Assembly (NCBI GenBank): GCA_963816355.1
Contig: CAWFKH010000005.1
Coordinates: 1 to 64,000, forward strand
Origin: an uncultured Gemmatimonadales bacterium
Lineage (GTDB): Bacteria; Gemmatimonadota; Gemmatimonadetes; Longimicrobiales; RSA9
DNA: 64,000 nucleotides
Reading direction: 5' to 3'
Below are positions 44,702 to 55,678 of this stretch, in pieces. Position 1 is the stretch's first letter. Each line of letters opens with the position of its first letter. The notes beneath the pieces were generated by a model. That model was not told where the DNA came from, did not search any database, and worked only from the letters and a program-made list of their open reading frames with translations. The position numbers and the translations under genes were made by a program.

Positions 44702-46131
44702 CGCCCGCGCGCCAGCATCCAGCGGCGCTTGGCGAGCGCCGCGTCGACGTCCTTCTGCAGCGACGCGAGCGCGTCCGGCACCGCGGCGCCGCCCCGGATC
44801 GCCGCCTCCGCGTGCTGCCCCACGAGCTGCGCGATCAACTCCATCTCCGGCACCTTCGGCAGCGGCTCCACGCGCTGGAGCTGCTCCCAGAAGGCGCGCG
44901 CGTAGCGGTCTTCGACGAGCGAGCGGACGCCGGCGCGCCCCGAGTCCGCGGCGGCCCTCGGGCCGGCGGCGACGGCGGAGCCGGGCGCGCCGGCCGCGAG
45001 CGGCGTGCGCCACGCTTCGATGCGCGCCGGCAGGTCGCCGCTCAGCCCGTAGAACGCGAGCTGCGAGCGCGGCCGCGACAGGAACTCGATCAGCCGCCAC
45101 GCCGCGTCCGCCTGCGGCGACGCGCGGAAGACCACGAGGCTCGAGCCGCCGGCGGTCGAGACGCCGGGCGGCTCGCTTCCCGCGGGCGCCGGCAGCGGCG
45201 CCGTCGCCCACGCGTCGCGCAGCGAGTCCGGCAGGCGGCGGCGGAACTCGCCGATGTTCCACGGGCCGGTGATGTACATGGCGAAGCGGCCCCGGGCGAA
45301 CTCCTGGTAGATGTTCGACATCTCCGCGTTCGCGATCGCGGGCGCGTAGCCGCGGCGGAAGAGGTCGACGTAGAAGCTGAAGGCGCGGCGGAAGGCGGGG
45401 TCCAGGAATGCGCCGTAGCGGCCGCCGTCCTTCAGGATCGGCGAGCCGAGCTGCTGCGCCAGCACCACCGGCTGCGTCCACTCGTCGGTCGGCAGGAAGA
45501 TCGGGTAGGCCCCCGGCCCGAGCTGCGCCTTCAGCCGCCGCATCGACTCGACCCACCCGTCCCAGCTCGTGGGGAACGCGTCGAAGCCCGCGCGCGCCAG
45601 CAGGTCCGTGCGGTAGAAGACGAGCCGCGTGTCGACGTACCACGGCACGCCGTAGACGACGCCGCCGATCTCGTTCGTCCGCCAGATGCCGCCGAAGAAG
45701 CCCGCCGAGTCGATCACCGCCGAGCCCGCGATGCGCGCGTCCAGCGGCGCCAGCCCGCCCAGCGCCGCGAACTCCGCCACCCACGTGTTGCCGATCTGCG
45801 CCACGTCCGGCGTCGCGTCGCCGACGAACGCCGTGAGCAGCTTCTCGTGCGCCGCGCTGAACGGGATCCGCTGCAGCCGCACCCGGATCTCCGGGTTCTC
45901 GCGTTCGAACTCGCGCACCAGCGGCTGCACCACCTCGCCTTCCGTGCCCAACGCCCAGAAGTCGAGCGTGACGACGCCGGCCGCCTTCGCGCCCGGCCGC
46001 GCGCAGCCGGCGAGCGCGAGCGCGAGCGCGAGCAGCGCCGGCGGGGCCCCCTGCCGCGCGAGGATCCGCGCCCGCCGCGCCACGCCGGCGGCGCTCCGGC
46101 GTACGGCGAGCGCCGCATCGCGCCGCCTCAC
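44698..46131 (-). CDS. Sugar ABC transporter substrate-binding lipoprotein
   Basis: LAGC lipobox; FERENPEIRV, PDVAQIGNTW, PWYVDTRLVFYRTDLL. Confidence 0.9.
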   Translation of the reverse strand: MRRRDAALAVRRSAAGVARRARILARQGAPPALLALALALAGCARPGAKAAGVVTLDFWALGTEGEVVQPLVREFERENPEIRVRLQRIPFSAAHEKLLTAFVGDATPDVAQIGNTWVAEFAALGGLAPLDARIAGSAVIDSAGFFGGIWRTNEIGGVVYGVPWYVDTRLVFYRTDLLARAGFDAFPTSWDGWVESMRRLKAQLGPGAYPIFLPTDEWTQPVVLAQQLGSPILKDGGRYGAFLDPAFRRAFSFYVDLFRRGYAPAIANAEMSNIYQEFARGRFAMYITGPWNIGEFRRRLPDSLRDAWATAPLPAPAGSEPPGVSTAGGSSLVVFRASPQADAAWRLIEFLSRPRSQLAFYGLSGDLPARIEAWRTPLAAGAPGSAVAAGPRAAADSGRAGVRSLVEDRYARAFWEQLQRVEPLPKVPEMELIAQLVGQHAEAAIRGGAAVPDALASLQKDVDAALAKRRWMLARGR

Positions 46132-47597
46132 GGCGCGCCGACCGACGCGGTGTCGAGCCAGCCACCGGTGAAGCCGGCGCGGCGCAGGCCGCGCACGATG
46201 TACGGGTTGCGGCGGAGCAGCGACCAGACGAGACCGCTCCTGTAGTTCTCGATCATGGCGAGAATCGGGCCCTGGTCGATGCCGAGGTAGTCGCCGTCGA
46301 ACCAGCCCAGCTCCGGGTCGACCACGCCGGACCTCGCCTCGCCCTGCACCCGCAACGTCGGGTTGAACGCGTCCTTGAAGCCGTACGTGCCGTACAGCTT
46401 GTCGCCGTAGCGCTCGCGCATCGACTGCAGCGCCCGGATCGCGATCTCCGGCGCGAACGCGATCGAGCCGCCGGCCGCCGTCGGCGCCAGCGTGCCGTCG
46501 TCGCGCACCTCCGTGAAGTCCGCGCCGCGCGCGGCGTAGCCCATGAAGGTGCGCGAGCGGCCGTCGATCGAGGCGGTGAAGTCACCGGGGCCGTCGGACG
46601 CGGTGAGCCCCCAGACCTCGGCGTCGTAGCCGCGCCAGCCGCCCGGATTCGCGACGGCGTACGCCTGCTGCGCCAGCGTCGCGCGCCGCGAGTTCTCGAA
46701 GTAGTCGATGCCGTGCGCGCGCATGAAGCCGTCCGCGATGCCGCGGTAGTCGATCCAGATCTGCGAGTATTGATGGCCGAAGAGCGGCGCGAAGCCGAGG
46801 TGCTCCTGACCGTGGAAGGCGCCCCAGCGGTACGTGCTCGTGTAGAACGCCCACGCGCCGTCCTGCGCCGGATGGGTCGGCGAGCCGAGCGCGAGCACGT
46901 AGAGGATCATCGCCTCGTTGTAGCCGCGCCAGTCCATCGCATGAAAGCCCTTTTCCGGCGTCCATGCCATCGCGACGCCGGGCGCGCGCGGCGACGCCCA
47001 CTGCCAGTCCGCGCGGCGGTAGAGCGAGTCGGCGAGCGCGCGGATGCTGTCCTCGGCCGGCATCGCGGCGTCGAAGTACTGCTCGCAGGTGAGGGCGCCG
47101 GCGAGGAGCAGCGCGGTGTCGATCGTGGAGAGCTCGACCGTCTGGAAGCGGCGGCCGCTGTCCAGGTCGAGGAAGTGGTAGAAGAAGCCGTGGTAGCCGG
47201 TCGCGTCCGCCTGCGGCCCCTGCGGCGCCGTCCACAGGAAGCGCAGCGTGGTGAGCACGCGCCGCGCGGCCTCGTCGCGGGAGACCCAGCCGCGCTCCAC
47301 GCCGATCGGGTAGCCGGTCAACGCGAAGCCCACCGCCGCCACGCTCGAGAACGTGCGCGTCGGCCAGCGGTCCGGCGTCAGACCGTTCGCGGCGGGCGTC
47401 CGCTCCCAGAAGAACGCGAACGTGCGGTGCTCGACGTCGTCCAGGAGCGCGGCGGTGTCCGGTGGCGGCGTGCCGTCGATCACCCGGCTGCCGTGGTCGC
47501 AGCCGGCAACGGCCACGCAAGCAGCGGCGACGCACGCGAGCGCGGAGGACAGGAGGCGGGCGGAGTCGAGGGCGAAGGCCGCGCGCGATGATCGCAT
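46128..47597 (-). CDS. Glucoamylase-family / GH144-like endo-beta-1,2-glucanase lipoprotein
   Basis: VAGC lipobox; GLTPDRWP, SVAAVGF, GFFYHFLD, ELSTIDT, GYNEA, PLFGHQYS, WGLTASDGP, YGFKDAFN, GIDQGPI..MIENYR. Confidence 0.85.
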   Translation of the reverse strand: MRSSRAAFALDSARLLSSALACVAAACVAVAGCDHGSRVIDGTPPPDTAALLDDVEHRTFAFFWERTPAANGLTPDRWPTRTFSSVAAVGFALTGYPIGVERGWVSRDEAARRVLTTLRFLWTAPQGPQADATGYHGFFYHFLDLDSGRRFQTVELSTIDTALLLAGALTCEQYFDAAMPAEDSIRALADSLYRRADWQWASPRAPGVAMAWTPEKGFHAMDWRGYNEAMILYVLALGSPTHPAQDGAWAFYTSTYRWGAFHGQEHLGFAPLFGHQYSQIWIDYRGIADGFMRAHGIDYFENSRRATLAQQAYAVANPGGWRGYDAEVWGLTASDGPGDFTASIDGRSRTFMGYAARGADFTEVRDDGTLAPTAAGGSIAFAPEIAIRALQSMRERYGDKLYGTYGFKDAFNPTLRVQGEARSGVVDPELGWFDGDYLGIDQGPILAMIENYRSGLVWSLLRRNPYIVRGLRRAGFTGGWLDTASVGAP

Positions 47598-47682
47598 GGG
47601 CTCCTCGGGCAATACAGGATCCCGAGCCCGGACGGGCGCAAATCGCGCCCGCCGGGCCCGGGGAGTCAACTCCGTTCGAACG

Positions 47683-50640
47683 TTAGAAGTTCGCCTCCGC
47701 GCCAATCTGGAAGCGACGGGCGTCCGACACCAGGCAGGTCGGCCGGCCGAAGTTGTCGGCATTGCGATCGCCCGTCTGGAAGCACCCGAAGTTGGTGTGG
47801 TTCAGCGCGTTGAAGACATCGAGGGTGAGCCCGTATCGCACGTTGCCGCCGAACGGGTAGAGGTCCTTCCGCAGCCGGATGTCCAGGTTCTGGTAGGGGA
47901 ACGTGCCCGGCACCGTGAAGCCGCCCCGTTCGAACCGGTTCGCGTCCGGCCCCGGCGGCGGGCAGAAGCGGGCGGCGCACCCCACGTCCTGCGTGAACTT
48001 GCCGCCGAGCGTGAGGAGGCCGGAAATCCGGATGCCCCACAGGTAGGGCATGTCCGTCACCGCGTTGGCGACAATGCGGTACCGCTCGTCGTTCGCGGGG
48101 TGCCTCGGGATCCCCGCCGTGTTCGGGAAGGCGAAGTCGTCGTTCAGGTTGTCCACGCCCTTGACCTCGCGCCAGGCGTACGTGAGTGCGAGACCCGCAC
48201 CCCAACCGAACTTGCTGCTCGCGCCCCGTGTGTACGGCCGCTGAATCTTTCCTTCCAGCCCCTTGTACCACGTTTCTTTGTCGTTGGTCGCGAAGATGAA
48301 GTTGCTGAAGCCGTGTGGGCCGAGGTCGAAGGAGGTGCAGCAGCTTCCGTTCGCGTTGAGACCGAAGTTGGCCCACTCGAGGATCGGCAGGTCCATGCCG
48401 TGCACGTATGAGTAGTTGAGCGTCACCAGGGTGCCGAGCACCGCCTGGCGCACTCCCACGCTCGCCTGAACCGAGCGTGGCGGCTTCAGATCGTTCGGTA
48501 TGAACCAGGCCTCCGGCTTGCCGCTGGTGTGGACGAGCTGGTCGAGCACGGAACGATCCGCCGTGAGATAGGACGGGTTCCACGCCACCTGGCTGCCGGT
48601 CGGGGTCTCGCCCGGCTTCGCGAACGTAACGGAGAAGACCGGATGACTGATCTTCTGCACCGGCTCCACGCCGTACAGGTCGAATGGGATGCGGTCGTAG
48701 TACAGCCCCCATCCGCCGAAGATCGTGGTCCGCTGCTTCTTGTCCACCGCGTACGAGAAGCCGAGGCGCGGCTGAACCGCGCCGTAGAAGATCGCGTTCT
48801 TGCCGGTCCGGATGTAGCGATTCAGATCGAGCGGCGTGATCAGCTGGCTGTTGTACATCCGCAGCGTGTCCTGGACGAACTGCGGCGTCGAGTAGTCCGA
48901 ATTCAGCATGTTCGTCTCGACGTCCCAGCGCACCCCCAGGTTGAGGGTGAGCCGCTCGACCGGCGTCCAGTCGTCCTGTGCATAAAGACCGAACTGCGTG
49001 TTGTTCGCGTTCAGGTTCGGATCGCCCGTTCCGTATTCGAGCAGGTACGGCGTGGCGTAATCGTACGCCTCGTTGAAGTGGAACAGAGGCGTTCCACTGT
49101 TGTCCTTGACGATGTCGTACTTCACGAAATCGGCGCTGCCGCCCACTTTGAAGACGTGCTGCCCGCCCACGCCGTCGAGCGAGTAAGTGAAGTCGTTGCG
49201 CAGCCCGACGGAGCTCTGGATGAAGTCCTGCGTGCTGCGCGCGCTGCCCAGGACGACGTTGCCGCCCGGGATCTCGTACTGCCGCTCCGGCAGACCCGGC
49301 TCGTTCGGGCTCGGATGGCGGCGCCACCGCGTGTAGGAAAGCTTCGCCTCGTCGAGGACTGCACCCTGCGCGTACGTGTAGCCGAGCTGTCCGACGCTCA
49401 CATCCTGGCGGTAGTTGTTCGCCGCAGTGAATGCCGTGGTGCCGCCGAAGTCGCGGATGTCCGTTTCGTGGCGGTTGTTGAAGCTAAGCTCGAAGGTCGA
49501 CTTCGGGCTCGCGGAGTAATCCACCTTGCCGAAGAACAGGTTCTCGCGGAACGGAGAGGTGAAGGACCCCAGGAACTGGCTGAAGTCCACCGCATCGAGC
49601 GCCGGGAAGCCGGTCGGGATCGTCGGGAAGTTCACCAGGCTCGCGCGATTCTGATAGTTCCCTTCGTACGACACAAAGATGTGCGCCTTGTCCTTCACCA
49701 ACGGTCCACCGAGGCTGAGCGCAGTGAGCGTACGCGAGTAGTCCGGCTTCTTGAACGTGCCCGGATTGGCCTCCTTCTGCGCCATCTGGAACGTGTCGAG
49801 CTGAACCATGCTCTTGTTCTGAAAGCCCACCAGCGCATTGCCGGACCAGACGTTGCCGCCCGATTTCGTGGTCGCCGTGATGATGGCGCTCGAAGCCTTC
49901 TGGTACTCCGCCTTGTAGTTCTGGGTGATGATCCGGTACTCCTGGATCGCGTTGCGCGGGAACGGGTTGCCGCGGCTCGCATCCTGCCCCGCTACGCCCC
50001 CGGCCGTCAGGTCGTTCTTGAGGCTCGTCCCGTCGATGAAGACATTCACCCGATTCGGGCTCTGCCCGTTCGCCGAAAACGTCCGGAACTGCGTCGCGTT
50101 CACGCGGTCCTCCGTCACCGTCACGCCCGGCGTGAGCGCCGCGAGATCGAGGAAGTTCCGCGTCGGCGTCGGAAGCTGCTCGATCTGGACCGGTGCGACG
50201 TTGGTGGCGATCTCCGACGTGCGCGTTTCGACGGCGCGCTCTCCGGTCACCGTGATGCCCTCGAGCGCGATCGCTTCCGTCGTGAGCTGAAAGTTGGCGA
50301 TCAGGCTCTGTCCGATGAGGACCTGCAACGTCCGCGTAGCCGACCGGTTGCCGACTGAACTCACGGAAAGGCGATACGTACCGGGTCGCAAACCCAGCAG
50401 CGCATAAGCGCCGCTCTGACCGGCTACGGCTTGCCGCGTGTAGCCGCTCGCAGTGTCCACCGCGGTGATCACCGCCGCAGGCAACCCTGCCCCCGACTGA
50501 TCCCGCACCGTTCCTCGGATTGTCGCCGTGCTCGTCTGCGCCGCGGCCGGCAGCGCAACGGACAGCCCCATGGCCGCGCACGCCAGCGCCGCACGCGCCA
50601 GCGTCGCCAGCCGGTGTCGCATGATGCCTCGCGTCCTCAT
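47683..50640 (-). CDS. TonB-dependent receptor (Oar-like, with carboxypeptidase-regulatory-like N-domain)
   Basis: Signal peptide, LEGITVTG TonB-box-like motif, [19 protein letters not shown]...[10 protein letters not shown], terminal Phe. Confidence 0.92.
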   Translation of the reverse strand: MRTRGIMRHRLATLARAALACAAMGLSVALPAAAQTSTATIRGTVRDQSGAGLPAAVITAVDTASGYTRQAVAGQSGAYALLGLRPGTYRLSVSSVGNRSATRTLQVLIGQSLIANFQLTTEAIALEGITVTGERAVETRTSEIATNVAPVQIEQLPTPTRNFLDLAALTPGVTVTEDRVNATQFRTFSANGQSPNRVNVFIDGTSLKNDLTAGGVAGQDASRGNPFPRNAIQEYRIITQNYKAEYQKASSAIITATTKSGGNVWSGNALVGFQNKSMVQLDTFQMAQKEANPGTFKKPDYSRTLTALSLGGPLVKDKAHIFVSYEGNYQNRASLVNFPTIPTGFPALDAVDFSQFLGSFTSPFRENLFFGKVDYSASPKSTFELSFNNRHETDIRDFGGTTAFTAANNYRQDVSVGQLGYTYAQGAVLDEAKLSYTRWRRHPSPNEPGLPERQYEIPGGNVVLGSARSTQDFIQSSVGLRNDFTYSLDGVGGQHVFKVGGSADFVKYDIVKDNSGTPLFHFNEAYDYATPYLLEYGTGDPNLNANNTQFGLYAQDDWTPVERLTLNLGVRWDVETNMLNSDYSTPQFVQDTLRMYNSQLITPLDLNRYIRTGKNAIFYGAVQPRLGFSYAVDKKQRTTIFGGWGLYYDRIPFDLYGVEPVQKISHPVFSVTFAKPGETPTGSQVAWNPSYLTADRSVLDQLVHTSGKPEAWFIPNDLKPPRSVQASVGVRQAVLGTLVTLNYSYVHGMDLPILEWANFGLNANGSCCTSFDLGPHGFSNFIFATNDKETWYKGLEGKIQRPYTRGASSKFGWGAGLALTYAWREVKGVDNLNDDFAFPNTAGIPRHPANDERYRIVANAVTDMPYLWGIRISGLLTLGGKFTQDVGCAARFCPPPGPDANRFERGGFTVPGTFPYQNLDIRLRKDLYPFGGNVRYGLTLDVFNALNHTNFGCFQTGDRNADNFGRPTCLVSDARRFQIGAEANF

Positions 50641-51707
50641 GCCCCTTCTCCTTTGCTGGTCGTCCTCGGTTTCTCCCGCACGCCCCCCGAATCCTCTCCA
50701 CAGGAGCTGCGCACCACCAACCGCGTCCGCAGCACAGCCCGCAGCGGCGGCCCCCGCGTCGGCGCCACCAGGCGCTCCACCGCCTTCCTCCCCAGCTCCG
50801 CGATCGGCACCCGCACCGACGTCAGCGGCGGCGTCGTGTACGCCGCCATCGGGATGTCGTCGAACCCCGCCACCGCCACCTGCGCCGGCACGCGCACGCC
50901 CTCGCGCCGCAGCGCGCTCAGCGCGCCCACCGCCATCGCGTCGTTCGCTGCGAAAATCGCATCCGGCCGCGTCGCAGCGCCGAGCAACTCGCGCGCCGCA
51001 CGGTAGCCGCCCTCCTCACGGAAGTCGCCCGCCGCCTCCAACAGACCGCCGCCCCGCTGCGCCTCAGCGACGCCCGCCAACCCGACCTCCACCATGCCCG
51101 CCCGGAACCCGCGCAGCCGCTCCGCCGCGTCGTGGTTCCCCTCCGGCCCCCGGATGAACGCGATGCGACGACGGCCCAGCCCCGCCAGATGGCGGACCAT
51201 CGCCTGCGCCCCGCCGAAATTGTCGATGTTGATCGCGTCGACCGCCGCCCCGTTCACCGGACAGTTCAGCAGCACCACCGGCAGTTCCGCAGGCAGGCTT
51301 GAACGCACCGTCTCCGCCTCCAGGTCCGGCGACATCAACACCAGCCCGTCCACCCGGTGATGCATCGCCCGCAGCGCCGCCTCGATCTCGTCCCGGTGGT
51401 TGTGTGAACCGGACACCAGCAGGTGATGGCCGCACCGCTGCGCCTCCTGGTCGATCCCGCGAATCACTTCCGAAAAGAACTCGCCGTGCAGATCCGGCAG
51501 CACCACCCCCAGCGTCAACGTGCGCCGCGTGATCAGGCTCCGTGCCGCCTGGTTCGGCACGTACTTCAACGACGACGCCACTTCCCACACCCGCTGGCGC
51601 GTCTCCTCCTTCACCGGCCCGCTCGCGTTCAGCACCCGCGACACCGTCGCCACCGATACGCCCGCCTCACGCGCGACATCGCGGATCGTCACGCTCCTCC
51701 TCTGCAT
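50637..51707 (-). CDS. LacI family transcriptional regulator
   Basis: [36 protein letters not shown]. Confidence 0.95.
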   Translation of the reverse strand: MQRRSVTIRDVAREAGVSVATVSRVLNASGPVKEETRQRVWEVASSLKYVPNQAARSLITRRTLTLGVVLPDLHGEFFSEVIRGIDQEAQRCGHHLLVSGSHNHRDEIEAALRAMHHRVDGLVLMSPDLEAETVRSSLPAELPVVLLNCPVNGAAVDAINIDNFGGAQAMVRHLAGLGRRRIAFIRGPEGNHDAAERLRGFRAGMVEVGLAGVAEAQRGGGLLEAAGDFREEGGYRAARELLGAATRPDAIFAANDAMAVGALSALRREGVRVPAQVAVAGFDDIPMAAYTTPPLTSVRVPIAELGRKAVERLVAPTRGPPLRAVLRTRLVVRSSCGEDSGGVREKPRTTSKGEGA

Positions 51708-51760
51708 TCACCCCCCTCGCGGCGGGATGCTCCAGGGCGCAGCCCCGGTCGACGCGCGTT

Positions 51761-51776
51761 ATGGAAACGTTTACAT
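51761..51776. promoter_or_regulatory. Probable LacI-family operator
   Basis: ATGGAAACGTTTACAT, 14/16 palindrome with central CG, about 55 nt upstream of the lacI start. Confidence 0.75.
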
Positions 51777-51941
51777 CCTTACGTTCGTGACACGATCCCG
51801 TCAAGCATCGGAGACGGAGTTGGCGCCTCGTGAGACGATCTGCCGGCGTGAACGGAAATGAGCTGGCCCGGTGCGGGCCGGCCGGTCGAAGCCGGCGATC
51901 GACTCCATTGACGCGCAGGCGCGCCAACCGTAGCGTCGCCC

Positions 51942-53198
51942 ATGGCCCGTCCGCTCGACTCCCGCTTGGCCGCCGTGGTGGCGGCCGCCGCGATGACGCT
52001 CACGATCACGCTCGCCCCGGCCGGCTGCGCGCGGGCGCGGGTGGACGCGCAGGCGGAGGGTGGCGCCCGCGGCGCCGCGGCGGGCGACGTCGCCGATCCG
52101 TACCCGGGCTATCGCAGCCCGACGCACGCCGACCCCGCGCACTGGCTCTGCCTGCCCGGCCGCCACGACTTCTGCGACGTCGATCTGGACGCGACGGTGG
52201 TGGCGGCGGACGGTTCGACGCGGGTCGAGCGCTTCGTCGCGGCCGCGGAGGCGCCGATCGACTGCTTCTACGTCTATCCGACGGTGTCGGTCGATCGGGG
52301 CGCCAACAGCGACCTGGACCCGGACGAGGCGTACGAGGGCAGGGCGGTGCGCAACCAAGCGGCGCGTCTGCGCTCGGTGTGCCGCCTCTACGCGCCGGTG
52401 TACCGCCAGGTGACGCTGCCCACGTTCCTGCGCAGCCTGAGGGGCCGGCCGGTGCCGCGGGTGAGCGGCGTCGTCGCGTACCTTTCCGTGCTGGACGCGT
52501 GGAAGCAGTACATCGCGCACGAGAACCGCGGCCGCGGCGTGGTGCTGATCGGGCACTCGCAGGGCACGCGCCTGCTGACGACGCTGATCGAGAGGGAGAT
52601 CGACGACGAACCCGTTCTGCGCGGCCGGCTCGTGTCCGCGATCCTGCTGGGCGGCGCGATCGCGGTGCCGCGCGGCGGCGACGTGGGCGGCACGTTCCGG
52701 CACATCCCGCTCTGCCGCGCCGCCGCGCAGGTCGGCTGCGTGATCACGTACGCGTCGTTCGCGGCGGACGACCCGCCGGGACCGCGGAGCCGCTTCGGCC
52801 GGGTGGAGGAAGGCGTCGCGGGGTGCACGAACCCGGCGAATCTGGCGGGCGGCGAGGGCGTGCTGAAGCCGTACTTCGCGGCCGCGCGTGACGGTGGCGG
52901 ACTCGAGCGGCGGCTCGGCGCGCGCGCCGGGGCGGAACCGTGGGCGCGCGGCGTGGAGATCGGGACGCCGTGGGTGACGCTGCCCGGCCTCCTCAGCGCG
53001 CGCTGCACCGAGCGCGACGGCGCCTCCTACCTCGAAGTCACGGCGCACGCCGACGCGGCGGACCCCAGGACGGACGACGTCGGCGGCGGCGCGCTGCCCG
53101 GCTTCGGCCTGCACCTGATCGACGCCAACCTCGCCATGGGCAACCTCGTCGACATCGTGCGGCGGCAGGCGGCGGCCTACGCGGAGAAGAAGCGCTAG
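51942..53198 (+). CDS. DUF3089 family alpha/beta-hydrolase-like lipoprotein
   Basis: WLCLPG, IDCFYVYPTVS, YAPVYRQ, LIGHSQG, GLHLID. Confidence 0.85.
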   Translation: MARPLDSRLAAVVAAAAMTLTITLAPAGCARARVDAQAEGGARGAAAGDVADPYPGYRSPTHADPAHWLCLPGRHDFCDVDLDATVVAADGSTRVERFVAAAEAPIDCFYVYPTVSVDRGANSDLDPDEAYEGRAVRNQAARLRSVCRLYAPVYRQVTLPTFLRSLRGRPVPRVSGVVAYLSVLDAWKQYIAHENRGRGVVLIGHSQGTRLLTTLIEREIDDEPVLRGRLVSAILLGGAIAVPRGGDVGGTFRHIPLCRAAAQVGCVITYASFAADDPPGPRSRFGRVEEGVAGCTNPANLAGGEGVLKPYFAAARDGGGLERRLGARAGAEPWARGVEIGTPWVTLPGLLSARCTERDGASYLEVTAHADAADPRTDDVGGGALPGFGLHLIDANLAMGNLVDIVRRQAAAYAEKKR

Positions 53199-53285
53199 GG
53201 TCTGGCGTCCGATGTCCGGCGCGCGCTTACCGGCCGGCCGCAGGGCCCCTGCCGTTGAGCCCGCGCCAGCGGCTCGCGCGGGCGT

Positions 53286-53873
53286 TCACGCCGCCGGCTG
53301 TGGGTCGAGATCGAGGTCCCGCCAGGTGAGGGCGCCGCGCCATTCGCCTAGGTCCCGCGGCTCCGGCCACACCGGGTGCGCGCGCGAGCGCCGGGTCGCC
53401 GGAAACCACGCCAGCTCACGGCCGCGGCCGTCCGGCGTGGCGGCCGAACGGCAGAGGATGCCGCGCAGTTCACGCTCGCGAATCGCCGACCCGATCCGTT
53501 GGCAGGCCGCCCACGGAACTGGCTCGCCCGCCGCGTCCCGCGGGTAGCTCGCCGGCAGCCCGAGGGCCGCGAGGTCCGCCTCGCTCACCGCGCCGGCGCA
53601 CTCCTGGTGCCGCGGCAGCGTGAGGGCCACGAGCACGTAGGCGCCGTCGTCCAGGTCGTCGACGCCGACCGGCTGGCCCTCCAGCATTGCCTCGATCTGC
53701 GCCCGCGCCGTGGGGACGTCCGCATTCAGGTAGAGCGCACGAAAAGAGCCGGGCGGATTCCAGCGGCCGCCGTGCCGCTCGGCGTATGTGGGATCCAGTG
53801 GGTTCGACCAGTCCGGGTCGGCGACGCGCAGCCAGATCCGCCCATCTGGAACCCCCAGCGTGCGCGGCCTCAG
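53286..53873 (-). CDS. RES domain toxin (start codon uncertain)
   Basis: GGRWNPPGSFRALYL, ACQRIG, GILCRSAA; immediately downstream of the antitoxin. Confidence 0.78.
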   Translation of the reverse strand: MRPRTLGVPDGRIWLRVADPDWSNPLDPTYAERHGGRWNPPGSFRALYLNADVPTARAQIEAMLEGQPVGVDDLDDGAYVLVALTLPRHQECAGAVSEADLAALGLPASYPRDAAGEPVPWAACQRIGSAIRERELRGILCRSAATPDGRGRELAWFPATRRSRAHPVWPEPRDLGEWRGALTWRDLDLDPQPAA

Positions 53874-54292
53874 GGTTGGATCCGGCGCAGATCGAACATC
53901 GCGCGCACCGCCTCTAGGACCTCCCCGTGCCGGCCCGCCCTCGCCATCTCGTAGAGCGACCGGCCCCCCAGCGCGCGCGCTTCCCTGCGAACGATCGCGG
54001 GGATCCGCTCCCGCTTGACCCGCCGGTCCAGGATCTCCGTCGCCGCGTCCATCTCCGCCACGGCCTGCGCCCGCTCGGCAGGGACTCCCCGCTCCAACCA
54101 CTTCGCGAACGCCTGCCGCGAGACGCCGAACGCGCGCGCGGCCTCCGCCCCCGACAGGCTCCAGAGCCGCATCAGCCGATCCAGCGGCTGTGTCCGGACC
54201 TTGCGATCCAGCGCATCCGTCAGCTCGCGGAGCCAGTCCGCGTCCGGCGCCCGCCGGATCAACTCTTCCGCCATCTCCTTCGCCGCAGGCAT
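53870..54292 (-). CDS. Xre-type HTH antitoxin of a RES-Xre toxin-antitoxin pair
   Basis: LSGAEAARAFGVSRQAFAKW HTH; ALGGRSLYEM C-terminal MbcA-like motif. Confidence 0.78.
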   Translation of the reverse strand: MPAAKEMAEELIRRAPDADWLRELTDALDRKVRTQPLDRLMRLWSLSGAEAARAFGVSRQAFAKWLERGVPAERAQAVAEMDAATEILDRRVKRERIPAIVRREARALGGRSLYEMARAGRHGEVLEAVRAMFDLRRIQP

Positions 54293-54402
54293 AGCCACAT
54301 CATCCGTCCGTCCGGAGTTCAACGCAACGTCAACCTACGTCAATCCAATGACAACCGCACCCCATTGTCAACTTCCCGCGCGGGCCGGCGCTTACGGTCC
54401 TC

Positions 54403-55665
54403 TCACCCGCCGAGCGCCCGCATCCGCTCCGCCAGCAGCGCCCGTTCCCGCTCGTTGCGTGTGAGCGACGCCGCGCGCTCCAGCTCCGCGCGCGCCTCGT
54501 CGCGCCGGCCCAGTTTCGCGAGCAGGTCGGCGCGCACGGCGGGCAGGAGGTGGTACTCCTGGAGCGCCGGCTCGGCGGCGAGCGCGTCGACGAGCGCGAG
54601 GGCGGCGTCGGGGCCGGCGGCCATGGAGACGGCGACGGCGCGGTTCAGCGCGACGACCGGTGAGGGCGCGAGGGCGGCGAGCACGTCGTAGAGCGCGACG
54701 ATGCGGGGCCAGTCGGTCGCGTCCGGGGTGCGGGCGCGGGCGTGGCAGGCGGCGATCGCGGCCTGCAGGGTGTAGGGCCCGACGTCGCCGCCGACGGTCT
54801 GCGCGCGCTCGAGCGCGGCCAGGCCGCGTCGGATGAGGAGCGGATCCCAGCGGGAGCGGTCCTGGTCCATGAGGAGGATCGGCTCGCCGTCCGGGCCGAC
54901 GCGGGCGTGCAGGCGGGAGGCCTGGATCTCCATGAGCGCGACGAGCCCGTGGACCTCCGGCTCGTCCGGCGCGAGGCGGGCGAGGACGCGGCCGAGGCGC
55001 AGCGCCTCGGCGCACAGCGCGGGGCGCACCCAGTCGTCGCCGGCGGTGGCGGAGTAGCCCTCGTTGAAGATGAGGTAGACGACCTCGAGGACGGAGGAGA
55101 GGCGGCGCTGCAACTCGTCGGCGCGTGGCACTTCGAAAGGGACGCCGGCGTCGCGCAGGGTACGTTTCGCGCGCACGATCCGCTGCGCCATCGTGGGTAC
55201 CGGCACGAGGAAGGCGCGCGCGATCTCGTCGGTCGCGAGGCCGCCGAGCAGGCGCAGCGTGAGGGCGACGCGCGCCTCGCGCTGGAGCAGGGGGTGGCAG
55301 CAGACGAAGACGAGGCGGAGCAGGTCGTCGCCGACGGGGTCGTCGATCGCCTCGATGAGCTCCTCTTCCGGCTCCGCCCCGGAGGCGTCCATCTCGCGGG
55401 CGAGCGCCTCGTGCTTCTCCTCGACGCGCTGGCCCCGGCGCAGGTGGTCGATGGCGCGCCGCTTCGCGACGGCGGTCAGCCACGCCCCCGGGTTGTCGGG
55501 CACGCCCGAGCGCGGCCAGCGTTCCAGCGCGGAGACGAGCGCGTCCTGGGCGAAGTCCTCGGCGAGGCCGACGTCGCCGACCATGCGGGCGAGGCGCGCG
55601 ATGATGCGCGCGGACTCGATGCGCCACACGGCGTCGATGGCGCGCTGGGTGGCGGGGTCCCTCAT
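54403..55665 (-). CDS. ECF sigma factor with long C-terminal TPR-like extension (ECF42/DUF6596-like)
   Basis: AEDFAQDA, PGAWLTAVAKRRAID, DDLLRLVFVCCHP, YLIFNEGY, DQDRSRWD, GPYTLQAAIAACH. Confidence 0.9.
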   Translation of the reverse strand: MRDPATQRAIDAVWRIESARIIARLARMVGDVGLAEDFAQDALVSALERWPRSGVPDNPGAWLTAVAKRRAIDHLRRGQRVEEKHEALAREMDASGAEPEEELIEAIDDPVGDDLLRLVFVCCHPLLQREARVALTLRLLGGLATDEIARAFLVPVPTMAQRIVRAKRTLRDAGVPFEVPRADELQRRLSSVLEVVYLIFNEGYSATAGDDWVRPALCAEALRLGRVLARLAPDEPEVHGLVALMEIQASRLHARVGPDGEPILLMDQDRSRWDPLLIRRGLAALERAQTVGGDVGPYTLQAAIAACHARARTPDATDWPRIVALYDVLAALAPSPVVALNRAVAVSMAAGPDAALALVDALAAEPALQEYHLLPAVRADLLAKLGRRDEARAELERAASLTRNERERALLAERMRALGG

Positions 55666-55678
55666 GCGGCGCCGCGGC

